Virus record (IMG/VR): IMGVR_UViG_3300015264_000004
Location: 1 to 59,661 of that record
DNA: 59,661 nt
DNA from: a virus
Lineage: Duplodnaviria > Caudoviricetes
Strand: one strand, 5' to 3'
The stretch's first letter is position 1, and each line of letters starts with the position of its first letter. The position numbers and the translations under genes were made by a program. Under the pieces are notes generated by a model. It did no database searches, was not told the DNA's origin, and worked only from the letters and a program-made list of their open reading frames with translations. Below are positions 1-8,418 of the stretch, one piece after another.

Positions 1-77
1 CGGCTTGACGCTAGATTTTTTGAGATAGCGCGGTGCGTGTTTAGTTCCGCGTTAATAAGTTTCGGAAACGTAGCCTC
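1..77. repeat. 77-bp terminal overlap identical to 59585-59661 (circular assembly)
   Basis: Exact match CGGCTTGACG...GTAGCCTC at both ends. It lies inside the thyX frame, and 77 is a common assembler k-mer. Confidence 0.95.
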
Positions 78-182
78 GACCGTGACAAGTCGCTGTCCGT
101 ATGGTGATATACTATCCCGGATAATCCTGGCGCTAATTCGCGTCGGCTCAAAGTCTTTACCGCGTTTTATTTCTTGGATCAT
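1..182 (-). CDS. thyX: N-terminal part of flavin-dependent thymidylate synthase (continues at 59584 to 58675)
   Basis: ATG at 182 gives MIQEIKRG...DSISPYGQRLVTVEATFPKLINAELNTHRAISKNLASSRAIP, in frame with ORF 58675..59556 across the join. THR-x-S-x-N-x-ASSRAIP is the phage ThyX motif. Confidence 0.9.
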   Translation of the reverse strand, partial: MIQEIKRGKDFEPTRISARIIRDSISPYGQRLVTVEATFPKLINAELNTHRAISKNLASS

Positions 183-613
183 AGCTGTATACCGCCTACA
201 CCTGGGATTTCCGTTGTCGGTAACTCTGCGTCATCCGTGGCAAGCTCTATTGGCTGGCTGCGCATCATTTGACGTACCGCGCTAACTTCGGGGCCGTGCA
301 ACTCATAACAGAATTGGCAGACCCGGAATGTACCAATGCTTTTGTCACCATCTTTCAACTCGACAGAGGAAATTGAAACTTTTTCGTCGCGGCCGGGTAT
401 TTCCTGCCCTTCGTGAAATCGACAGATTTGGCAGCGCGCCGCATCTGTGGATTGCAATTGTCGCCGTTCGTCAATGTTTCCGGCGTGTTGATCTGAATTG
501 TCAGTCATGTTTGATCCTTTCGATATGTGAGTGTTCGGGCAACCTAATTCGCCTATGTGCCCTTCGGCATAAACCGGATATGGACAATAAGGACATGCTC
601 CTAAATATATCAT
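179..613 (-). CDS. hypothetical protein with CxxC pairs
   Basis: ORF with CPYC, CQIC, CQFC. Its stop overlaps the thyX start (ATGA). Confidence 0.6.
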   Translation of the reverse strand: MIYLGACPYCPYPVYAEGHIGELGCPNTHISKGSNMTDNSDQHAGNIDERRQLQSTDAARCQICRFHEGQEIPGRDEKVSISSVELKDGDKSIGTFRVCQFCYELHGPEVSAVRQMMRSQPIELATDDAELPTTEIPGVGGIQL

Positions 614-749
614 TGGTTCCCTGTGATCCTGAGCCTTATTCTTGCGGCTCTGACCGGGCTAGATCAAGAGTTAGGCTCCTGATTCGGTGATTCCCCCCAG
701 GTTTCACCATGAGCTACAAACACAAGAGCCTAGCTCCCGGTCAGGAGCT

Positions 750-790
750 AGGCTATCGTGACTTGTTAAACAAGTCAAGTTATATTTACA
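750..790 (-). promoter_or_regulatory. sigma70-type promoter with 18-bp box, upstream of the thyX operon
   Basis: TTGACT-17 bp-TAGCCT. The -35 is also part of the palindrome TGACTTGT-TAA-ACAAGTCA. Confidence 0.55.
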
Positions 791-805
791 TAGCGTCGTA
801 TTTTT

Positions 806-1345
806 TCAGCGCCTGTACTTACGATCTTTCATGCGTTTGTTCCACTTTTTCTTTTCCATTATCCGCTCTGCCCGGTGGATTGCCTTGGCAACACCCTTTT
901 TCACGCCTATAAACTCGACAATAAGGTAATTACCTTTCCGCTTGATGACTTTCAGGTATGCATTCTTAAAACAGATGGTATTTTCAAGTGTCACGTTTGG
1001 CGCATTGCCATCCGTGGTATCCGCAATTTCCAATACCATAAACGGGTATGTCACCCGGATCACTGCAATTAAACAGTTTCGATACTGGAAACCGTCGCCG
1101 GGATAAATCGAGATATACAACGACTGACGCTTTAACATTCCGTCAAGTTTTTCGGTGTCCACGGTTCGGACGGTTCGACCTGCGGCGGTTTGCTCTTGAA
1201 TCATCGTTTCTGTTTCGTCGGGCACATCCGGGCCGTTGTAACATTCAGGACACTGGCCGTCACTGGTGTCATAAGTGTCCTGCGTGATAGATGCGCCGCA
1301 GCCTTCACAATTTACAAGTTTTTCTAAATCAGGCATTGGTTTCAT
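806..1345 (-). CDS. hypothetical protein, N-terminal Zn ribbon
   Basis: CEGC...CPEC, with RBS GAAAGG. Confidence 0.6.
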   Translation of the reverse strand: MKPMPDLEKLVNCEGCGASITQDTYDTSDGQCPECYNGPDVPDETETMIQEQTAAGRTVRTVDTEKLDGMLKRQSLYISIYPGDGFQYRNCLIAVIRVTYPFMVLEIADTTDGNAPNVTLENTICFKNAYLKVIKRKGNYLIVEFIGVKKGVAKAIHRAERIMEKKKWNKRMKDRKYRR

Positions 1346-1472
1346 CCTTTCCCGCCTTTTGCATTTTCTTCGCGCCGATCATCTTACCAAAAATGAACGG
1401 AGCATATTGACCTAGTGGAATGTTAAGAGTTTCACTGATATACCAAATGATCTTGCACATTAGTTTAATCAT
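1329..1472 (-). CDS. small hypothetical protein (47 aa, not in the ORF track)
   Basis: MIKLMCKIIWYISETLNIPLGQYAPFIFGKMIG... starts in an ATGA overlap with the upstream stop and fills the gap. Confidence 0.55.
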   Translation of the reverse strand: MIKLMCKIIWYISETLNIPLGQYAPFIFGKMIGAKKMQKAGKDETNA

Positions 1473-1735
1473 TTTGATCCTTTCTTTTGGCAAAGTGGGC
1501 AATATACCTTACTGTTGTGCCCGCGTTTTAATTCTTTTTCCTTGGCTTTGTTGCCGTCTTTCCAGACCCGGACAACATCAAAGTCTATGCGTTGCTGGAT
1601 TGCGGCCGCTAACATTCGGGAGCCATTACCGGCCATGTGTCGTTCATACCTGCGCGCCACGTTAGACGCATAGCCCAGGTAATGACTCGCATGGCCGGCT
1701 AGTGGCTGGTATAGGTGGATCAAGTAACAGGGCAT
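1469..1735 (-). CDS. GIY-YIG family endonuclease (small)
   Basis: CYLIH...HYLG...RRYERH..G.G...E..LK pattern, with RBS AAAGGA. Confidence 0.8.
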   Translation of the reverse strand: MPCYLIHLYQPLAGHASHYLGYASNVARRYERHMAGNGSRMLAAAIQQRIDFDVVRVWKDGNKAKEKELKRGHNSKVYCPLCQKKGSK

Positions 1736-1744
1736 CGGTTTCCT

Positions 1745-1957
1745 TTAGAACGGTAATTCATCCTCGACAGTCAGCGGCGCAAAGATTTCCTGAGCCGTGA
1801 CAGAAAAATTGCCTTTTGAAAAGGCCGCTATCAGCCTATCCATTGGCGCGTTGACAATGGGTACCGCCGTCGCTTCGTATTCGCGTTCAAGTCTGGCAAG
1901 CTCTGCCATAACCTCGTCAACTTCTTCGGGGCTGGTGTATTCGATTGGTTCTCGCAT
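1745..1957 (-). CDS. hypothetical protein with acidic DELPF tail
   Basis: RBS AAGGAG, downstream of a promoter repeat. The SSB-like C-terminus is EDELPF. Confidence 0.65.
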   Translation of the reverse strand: MREPIEYTSPEEVDEVMAELARLEREYEATAVPIVNAPMDRLIAAFSKGNFSVTAQEIFAPLTVEDELPF

Positions 1958-1981
1958 TGTCTTGACTCCTTATGATTCCTA

Positions 1982-2031
1982 GTTATACCTGAGTTATCGG
2001 CCGCTGTCAAGATAACTTTACAACTATTTTT
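1982..2031 (-). promoter_or_regulatory. cassette repeat / sigma70 promoter (outlying copy)
   Basis: TGTAAAGTTATCTTGACA-GCGGCCGATAACTCAGG-TATAAC, 17-bp spacer. Confidence 0.8.
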
Positions 2032-2239
2032 CAGGCTCTTTCTTATTCTTTTTGGCGTGACGTGTAACGATGATAAATCTGTAGTCCCAATTCAAAGGAA
2101 TCGCGTCAATCTTACAAGAGAACATCGGGTCACCCGTTAAAGAGCTTTCCTGTAACCAAGCTGTACCGATGGTTATCCATCGGCCCTTTTCGTCAGCCTG
2201 GGCCACGTTCGCCTTAATGTCATGTGGCTCTTTAGTCAT
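2024..2239 (-). CDS. small DUF736-like protein
   Basis: W.TIGTAW...FSCKID motif, basic tail, RBS GAGG. Confidence 0.55.
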   Translation of the reverse strand: MTKEPHDIKANVAQADEKGRWITIGTAWLQESSLTGDPMFSCKIDAIPLNWDYRFIIVTRHAKKNKKEPEK

Positions 2240-2245
2240 AATACC

Positions 2246-2473
2246 TCAAACAAGAATCGTTGCGTCAGGATCACTAACAAAGGCCCACAGACATACACCG
2301 TTCTGGTACTGCGTATAATAGCGCCATTGCTCAGGTTTGCTACATTGCAGGCTTGCCGCAAGTTTCATGGCCGAAGCCTGAATAGCCATTGCGTATCCGT
2401 CGCCGGTCAGCGAAACGGCCTTGTCGGCCGTTCGTTCGTCGCGTGGTAATCCCAGGAATTCGCCTTGCGTCAT
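2246..2473 (-). CDS. hypothetical protein
   Basis: TAATG coupling to the upstream gene. Confidence 0.55.
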   Translation of the reverse strand: MTQGEFLGLPRDERTADKAVSLTGDGYAMAIQASAMKLAASLQCSKPEQWRYYTQYQNGVCLWAFVSDPDATILV

Positions 2474-2778
2474 TATGCTACCTGCCTTTCGCGTTGAAAC
2501 TCAGGATGTACACCAGCCGCAGACCTGATATGCTTGCAAGCCATGCGGTGATACTTGTAGTTTGCGAAGTCGGGGCACGTGCAAGAGCCGATACGTTGAC
2601 CACTCTTGGAAACTGTCAGAGTAACCAAATTTTCTGTAGGGCGCATGTGGCCGGTATTCTTGACAAGATATTGACCCTGGCCGACGGGTTTGACATACAA
2701 TCTGTCTTTGGGTTGACGAAAACGCATACGCGGTTCGCTTAACGGGACTAACTGCGGGTTGTTTCCTTGAATCTTCAT
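2473..2778 (-). CDS. SWIM zinc-finger protein
   Basis: SCTCPDF...ACKHI is the SWIM CxCxnCxH motif. Confidence 0.8.
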   Translation of the reverse strand: MKIQGNNPQLVPLSEPRMRFRQPKDRLYVKPVGQGQYLVKNTGHMRPTENLVTLTVSKSGQRIGSCTCPDFANYKYHRMACKHIRSAAGVHPEFQRERQVA

Positions 2779-2813
2779 AATTTCCTAATCCTTTCGTGCC
2801 TGACTTGATAGCC

Positions 2814-2856
2814 ACTATACAGACATTATCGGAGCCTGTCAAGAAAACTTTACAAG
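2814..2856 (-). promoter_or_regulatory. cassette repeat / strong sigma70 promoter (outlying copy)
   Basis: TTGACA-GGCTCCGATAATGTCTG-TATAGT, 17-bp spacer. Confidence 0.85.
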
Positions 2857-2863
2857 AAAAATC

Positions 2864-2898
2864 AAAAAAAAATAGCGGGCCGCGTTTAACCCGCTATT
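2864..2898 (-). terminator. intrinsic terminator
   Basis: AATAGCGGGTT-loop-GGCCCGCTATT running into a T9 tract on the minus strand. Confidence 0.85.
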
Positions 2899-2910
2899 CC
2901 GATATGTTAA

Positions 2911-3028
2911 TTTGATTGGGCCGCTGTCTCTGCGCTCTTATTTCGCGTCAGGGCCGCTACTCAGCTACGCTTTTCACGGCTTATCTGACAGCTAAACAGG
3001 CAGCGCAGAGACAGCGGCCCAAATCAAA
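2911..3028 (-). ncRNA. candidate structured RNA (long hairpin with central bubble and loop-E-like motif)
   Basis: 19-bp perfect inverted repeat 2918-2936/3002-3020, extendable to about 26 bp. Inner stems GUCAG/CUGAC and GCCGU/GCGGC, with a GAA/AGUA internal loop. Confidence 0.55.
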
Positions 3029-3070
3029 CCAGCCATTCCCACAGTCTTTTTAGCCAGCTAATTAGACTTG

Positions 3071-3484
3071 TTAGCCGGTCACTGTAGGGACAGGCGCATT
3101 TGGATCAACGGCCTTGACCGCGCTTGCGGTCTTGGCGTTTGCGTCTGACAGCGCCTGCGTGTCATCCTTGATTTGCTTCAGCGCAGCCAATAGGGCCGGG
3201 TCCGTATCTTCGGCGTCAATTGCGGCCTGAATTGCCGCAGCCTGCGCGCCTGCGTCATTGGTCAGGAAAGTATTCAGCGCGGTTGTCAGGCTGGCCGTGC
3301 TGTCAACCAAATCTTGAACGTTCTTACTTAATGCCATGATAATCCTTTCAACTTTCATGTCAATTGTCTCTAACTTGCGTAGTTCCCCAAACATCGGTTC
3401 CAGCATATCGAGACGGTTGTTAATACGTTTCAGGTAATCGAATATACCTAGAAACACTTCGGTTTGATTCAACTCAACAGTCAT
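3071..3484 (-). CDS. coiled-coil Ala-rich hypothetical protein (possible second in-frame start at 3337)
   Basis: Own promoter at 3523-3563. Internal GAAAGGA-N5-ATG. Confidence 0.7.
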   Translation of the reverse strand: MTVELNQTEVFLGIFDYLKRINNRLDMLEPMFGELRKLETIDMKVERIIMALSKNVQDLVDSTASLTTALNTFLTNDAGAQAAAIQAAIDAEDTDPALLAALKQIKDDTQALSDANAKTASAVKAVDPNAPVPTVTG

Positions 3485-3522
3485 ACTTTACACCTTTTCA
3501 GGATGTAGGTTTATCGAATCTA

Positions 3523-3563
3523 CCTATATCAGAGCCGGAAACCCTAGTCAAGTTAATTATACG
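3523..3563 (-). promoter_or_regulatory. sigma70 promoter with 18-bp box
   Basis: TTGACT-17 bp-TATAGG. Confidence 0.55.
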
Positions 3564-4375
3564 GCAAAAGGTCGATTACTTATGAACAATTCCTGACCCG
3601 GTACACAGGCCTTACCGCCTACATTATTCATTCCGTATCGCTTTGTCCATGGCCTGACATGCGCCCATGTGTATAAGTCTCTAATACCCTCTACATCATC
3701 GTATGTCATTAGCCAATGATGTTCGCAGGAGCGCAACAGACACGATAGGCGGCCATGGTCGAATTTTTGCAGATGTCCATTGATACCATAGATACCTGCG
3801 GCTGACATGTACGGTGGATCAAGATATATAAATACGTCGTCACCTGGGCACGTCAACAACGGTTCGTAATCATCGCAGGTAATGTGTATGTTAGGATATT
3901 TCATTGCGACAGCCAAACCATATAGCCTGCCAATACTCGACAGCGTAAACCGCTTGTCAAACGCTTGCTGACTATAGCCGCCACTCTCGATAGTCCCGGA
4001 AAAGGTAATCCGATTCAAAACGAAGAAGCGGGCAGCGCGTTCTATCTCATTCAGGGTATTTACGTCGCAATCCTTGTACATCCTAAATAACTCGCGGCCG
4101 TCTTTATACTCACGTTTGATTTCATATAATCGAGTAACTAACTGTTTCAGATGATCCATTGCAACCTGAAAATGCGTGGCAAGCTCAGGATTAATATCAT
4201 TGATCCAATACCGCCCTGCGGCTTCGCTCTGAAGCAAGGATAGGAACACTGACGCGCCGCCTAGAAACGGTTCGCGGTACTCCGTCATAGTTTCCGGGAT
4301 AAGAGGCAAGATGACCTTTAACGCATGCGCCTTACCACCGGGATAGCGTAACCAGCTTGGCATAGTCTTTACCAT
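3557..4375 (-). CDS. D12/Dam-family N6-adenine DNA methyltransferase
   Basis: LRYPGGK, EPFLGG (motif I), YLDPPY (motif IV). Specificity cannot be read from sequence. Confidence 0.9.
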   Translation of the reverse strand: MVKTMPSWLRYPGGKAHALKVILPLIPETMTEYREPFLGGASVFLSLLQSEAAGRYWINDINPELATHFQVAMDHLKQLVTRLYEIKREYKDGRELFRMYKDCDVNTLNEIERAARFFVLNRITFSGTIESGGYSQQAFDKRFTLSSIGRLYGLAVAMKYPNIHITCDDYEPLLTCPGDDVFIYLDPPYMSAAGIYGINGHLQKFDHGRLSCLLRSCEHHWLMTYDDVEGIRDLYTWAHVRPWTKRYGMNNVGGKACVPGQELFISNRPFAV

Positions 4376-6126
4376 AAGTATTTATGTAACCCCTGTACGT
4401 AATAATCACTGCCCGGATTTAAAATAACAAGTGTATCCCTTGCGCGTGTCATCGCAACATAAAACTGCCTGATAACTTCGTCTCTGGTATCCTGGGCTAT
4501 CCAATTATCATAGCCGCGCCTTGACAGGTCAGGTATCACGTATACAACGTCAGACTGCCCGCCCTTGACTGAATGTATCGTACCTATGGTTATTAGGGGC
4601 GGTTTCTGTAAGACTTCAGGCCGTCGTTGCTTATAGATCACTTGGCACAGGTATTCATACTTTTTGTAATTGGTTTTCTGTACATTCCGCAAGAACCAGC
4701 CGATATGACCGTTGACGCTCTGCATTACATCCCGTTCGTCTAATAACAGGTCTGCCCACTGGCCGCCTGTTATCCGCTTATCAAAATCAATATCTTCGCC
4801 TGTATCAAAGATAGCCTCAACCTTTCGCTTTGCGCCGCGCTTCAAAAATTTTGACACGGACATTTGAGAAAGCCAATTCTCTAACTCTGTATTATCCCAT
4901 AGATCAAGAGACATTAACCTTTTCCAGCCGTCAAGATTATCTTCTAGTCTTGGATTGCCGCGCATCCGTGGCGCAAAGTAGGCCAGCAATGCAGCCACGC
5001 CCCGGCCCCTGCCTAGCGGATTCCAGTCGCCGCGTTTGATCCTGTATTCATTATGAAACAATAAGCCGCGCTCCCGTAGCTCAGCCTTTAGCGGGTTAAG
5101 CATATAAGCGCAGGATGCAAGGAACATAACCTTTTTGCCTTCGACTATGTATTTTTCAGCGTCGGTCAACGCCTTGCGCATATCCTGAAAGTTTGAATCG
5201 CCTAACCATTTCGCATTACCCATTACCGGCTTGCCCTCGTCGTCAACACGTGCCCGGTACTCCTGCGGACTCAACTTCGATAATCCGGCAACCCACTTGT
5301 TAGCCACATTCTGTACGGCGACTGGTACACGATACGACTGCGGTAAAACAAACCGTCTATCAGTCGGTATCTTGTCGCTAAAGAATACATCTGGATTGGC
5401 ACCCTTAAAACTGTAGATACACTGTCTGTCATCCCCGGCAACGATAAGATGCGTTGCGCTGTTACCCCACTTATAGGCAAGCTTACTTTCCAGCGTTGTC
5501 AAGTCCTGGGCCTCGTCAACAAAGATTACGTCAGGTCTGCCCGGCGCATACAACACATCACGATAAGCCCGGTCAATCATATCTGTAAAGTCAATGCTAT
5601 TAGTTGACTTTTTGAATTGCTCCCATAGCCTAGCGAATCCGGCAACGACGGGGTGTAATCGCACATCTTGACACCGTGCCCGGATCAATTGATAAGCCGA
5701 TAACAATTCGTCACCCTGCCCGTAGTCATCAATTTCCTTCGCTATGTCATCCGCATACGGGTCATCAAGATCATTCTTTGAGCCGCCAATCGCGTACTGT
5801 GGATACTCTTCATTCCAGGCGGCCAATAGCTCTTTGTCGGTTTCCACAAGTCGAGGCTTGCCGATGCTACGGAAAGCATGGGCGTGTAGCGTGGCGACCT
5901 GTTCCGCTTCTAATGGCAAATCGCGGGTAGTCAGTTCCACAGCGGCGGCACGTGTGAAGGATGTAACCAGTACGCCAGAGCCGCCAAACTTCGCCACGGC
6001 TCTGTTAATTTGTTTTGACAGGAAAGTTGTCTTGCCGGTCCCAGGCGGGCCTACAACAACGTAAATTCCATCCGGTTTATTTTCGTAAGCGTACTCGTCA
6101 CCCTTCGTCATTACATCACCTGTCAA
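4369..6126 (-). CDS. UvrD/Rep-like SF1 DNA helicase
   Basis: GPPGTGKT, VDEAQD, GDDRQCIY, QSYR, TIHSVKG, YVAMTRAR. Confidence 0.93.
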   Translation of the reverse strand: MTGDVMTKGDEYAYENKPDGIYVVVGPPGTGKTTFLSKQINRAVAKFGGSGVLVTSFTRAAAVELTTRDLPLEAEQVATLHAHAFRSIGKPRLVETDKELLAAWNEEYPQYAIGGSKNDLDDPYADDIAKEIDDYGQGDELLSAYQLIRARCQDVRLHPVVAGFARLWEQFKKSTNSIDFTDMIDRAYRDVLYAPGRPDVIFVDEAQDLTTLESKLAYKWGNSATHLIVAGDDRQCIYSFKGANPDVFFSDKIPTDRRFVLPQSYRVPVAVQNVANKWVAGLSKLSPQEYRARVDDEGKPVMGNAKWLGDSNFQDMRKALTDAEKYIVEGKKVMFLASCAYMLNPLKAELRERGLLFHNEYRIKRGDWNPLGRGRGVAALLAYFAPRMRGNPRLEDNLDGWKRLMSLDLWDNTELENWLSQMSVSKFLKRGAKRKVEAIFDTGEDIDFDKRITGGQWADLLLDERDVMQSVNGHIGWFLRNVQKTNYKKYEYLCQVIYKQRRPEVLQKPPLITIGTIHSVKGGQSDVVYVIPDLSRRGYDNWIAQDTRDEVIRQFYVAMTRARDTLVILNPGSDYYVQGLHKYLW

Positions 6127-6179
6127 GTTATTTGGACCGCCTATTTAGCGTAATTTCCCGAAACTGCCATTTTTCCAAT

Positions 6180-6520
6180 TTGTCATACACGGCTCTTTTT
6201 TGTTCGGCCACAAACAGTTTGCATGCATCCTGAGAGTAATATGCATGTCTGACGGACATAAGAATTTCATTTTCAATAATTTAGTGGCTCGCGGACGTTT
6301 AGTAATGTATGCTTTTGCTGTCATACTTGTAATACGAAAAACCCTATAAAGTATGACATAAAGTATGACAAGATTTTCGCCCCGAAACTCTGTGGACATA
6401 ACACTTACCTAAACTGAAACACGATTTGTAATACGGTAATACGTTTTTTAGACGGAAAATGAAATCCGTTTTTTTTTTTTTGTCCAGAGTTTCATACGTC
6501 CCGTGTTTTGTATGACAAGT
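6180..6520. other. putative replication origin (GTATGACA iterons, T-tract)
   Basis: Gap of about 390 bp after the primase with 5 copies of GTATGACA/TGTCATAC and a T13 run. Confidence 0.5.
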
Positions 6521-6521
6521 A

Positions 6522-8318
6522 TTACCAGCCCTCTTTTTCTTCGGTATCGGTTTCCGCGTTCGGATCATCTTCTTTAACGATATTTTTCGGTGTCCACTTG
6601 GCGGGCAATGACAGGACACTGACACACTTTGGATTACCGCGTTCGTCTCTGACGGTGTGAACAACTCTTTCCCCGCCGATACGATACAGGAATGTCATTA
6701 GCTCAGTCTTGGTTTTCTTGAATCCGAAGGCATGCTTGGCGTATTTCCAGAAACTCAGGGCGGAAATACATATTGCATTGTCGAGATATGCGGGCTGTGC
6801 GTGTGCCGCTGCCTGACGATGTTTCATAAGGCTTATCTCGACTGGCAAGAATTCATCAAGGTACTGTTGTAACATTTCCTTAATTTCGCCTAGCTCCGTC
6901 ATAGATTCGGCTACAGGCCTATCTTCCGCAAGATTCAATAGTTTCTGTGATGTCGGCCACCAAAGATCATCCTTCATACGTGGAACAACATGATTTATGC
7001 CGTTTGCAATTTGCCGCCTAAACGCGCTCTGTTCGATAAGGCTTAACACGTCACCCAGGTTGACATACTTGTCACCCGGAAAGTACATAATGAATTGCGG
7101 CGGTTGCGTCAAATGTTTTTCTATCTTTTCAATTCGGAAACCAAGGATTGTATAAAGTTGATCTATCAGGATATTATAATCGTCAGCCGGAGCGTGTGCC
7201 GCTGTGATCCGTTCGCGGGCCTGACGGTGCACGCTAGCAGCATCAAATATTGTCCGCTGATAATAGTCGATTCTATGCGCAGGATCACCGTACTTACGCC
7301 GGTGCGCAATCATCACATTGACTGTTTCTTGATCCGTCAGCCCGTTAACTATGCAGAGATTAGCCAGAGCCATATCATAGGAGCTACGGCTTTGGTCTGG
7401 CAGGTCTGACCGCTTGCGCTCCCATGTCTTTTTGAATTTTTTGGAATTGGCTGTAAGGGCTTCGAAAATCGCGGCCCCGATGTCCGCGTTATCGTCTACG
7501 GTAATATCTACCCGTTTCCAGGGCGCGTCAATATCAGGCTTTAGCTGCGTTACATTCGAAGCCTGTACACGCGCCTGCGGGCTGGTAGCCTTTTCTTTTG
7601 GTAGTTGCGCCCTGAGCGTATCAAGTAATCCCTCAAAGTCTGCGGTCGTATAGCGCTTATCATTGTCGAGATAGCTAATAGCCGCGAGTACTGGGGATTC
7701 TGCGATTTTATAATTCAGGGTGCCCGGTATTCGTAAGACCCGTGTTAGATCGTGCACGCTGTCAACATCCCATTTGTTTTTAGCGGCACGCCACTTAAAC
7801 ATGCGCTGCCATACTTCTATCAGCTTGGCAGCCTCTGCCCTTTCTTCGGCCTCGTTATCCCCGGCAAAAGTCCAAAAGTCTTTGAATAGCCAATAGGCAT
7901 GGATACCGTACCCGCTATGCACAATCATTGATACTGGTAATTCTATGGAATTGACTAACTCTACGGCTGCGTCAATGGTAGGCGGTAGGTTTCCCTTTTT
8001 ATGTACCCGTTTGTCCGGGTGTGCAACGTCAATATCTAAATGTATACCGCCGATGCCTGCCATAGCATCATGCTTGCCGCGTCCCGAGCGCGGTTTCGTG
8101 GCGACGGTAGCCACGCCGAAATACACATCGGTACCGGCTTCTTTTTGTCGAGTGGCGAACGTGGCAGCCTGGGTAATGTCTGCGTAAAAATGTCTTGTGC
8201 TGGCCTCTTCGGGGCCTGTTTTATTAAGCTGCCAAATGCAGATTAGATCATTTACAGGTTTGTTACCGAAAATAGCCGACAGGAATTCTAACGCGCTGGT
8301 GTTGTCGTTACCATTCAT
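6522..8318 (-). CDS. AEP-superfamily DNA primase (RepB'-like) with helical-bundle domain
   Basis: VYFG, LDID, HSGYGIHAYW, RVLRIPGTLNYK. C-terminal SRSSYDMALA...YYQRTI. Confidence 0.85.
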   Translation of the reverse strand: MNGNDNTSALEFLSAIFGNKPVNDLICIWQLNKTGPEEASTRHFYADITQAATFATRQKEAGTDVYFGVATVATKPRSGRGKHDAMAGIGGIHLDIDVAHPDKRVHKKGNLPPTIDAAVELVNSIELPVSMIVHSGYGIHAYWLFKDFWTFAGDNEAEERAEAAKLIEVWQRMFKWRAAKNKWDVDSVHDLTRVLRIPGTLNYKIAESPVLAAISYLDNDKRYTTADFEGLLDTLRAQLPKEKATSPQARVQASNVTQLKPDIDAPWKRVDITVDDNADIGAAIFEALTANSKKFKKTWERKRSDLPDQSRSSYDMALANLCIVNGLTDQETVNVMIAHRRKYGDPAHRIDYYQRTIFDAASVHRQARERITAAHAPADDYNILIDQLYTILGFRIEKIEKHLTQPPQFIMYFPGDKYVNLGDVLSLIEQSAFRRQIANGINHVVPRMKDDLWWPTSQKLLNLAEDRPVAESMTELGEIKEMLQQYLDEFLPVEISLMKHRQAAAHAQPAYLDNAICISALSFWKYAKHAFGFKKTKTELMTFLYRIGGERVVHTVRDERGNPKCVSVLSLPAKWTPKNIVKEDDPNAETDTEEKEGW

Positions 8319-8375
8319 GAATTGTGTCCGAAAACCCGACGCGATTTAGCGCCGTTACCAAGATTCCATGTCAAA

Positions 8376-8410
8376 CGCGGCCGCCTTCGGTTTGATCCTG
8401 GGCGGCCGCG
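8376..8410 (-). terminator. GC-rich hairpin, possible terminator
   Basis: CGCGGCCGCC/GGCGGCCGCG stem right after a stop codon, with only a short T tail. Confidence 0.45.
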
Positions 8411-8418
8411 CTGTTCTG

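Noticed and set aside
1469-1735. GIY-YIG as an intron-borne homing endonuclease
   Set aside because: Only 88 aa, has its own RBS, and does not interrupt any gene.
2945-2995. Hammerhead ribozyme or SRP RNA within the 2911-3028 hairpin
   Set aside because: CUGAGUA does not fit the CUGANGA core, the three-stem topology is absent, and there is no SRP GGAA/AGCAG domain.
6121-6138. Additional boxed promoter before the UvrD gene
   Set aside because: TTGACA is present but there is no plausible -10 at 16-18 bp, and the second arm is poor.
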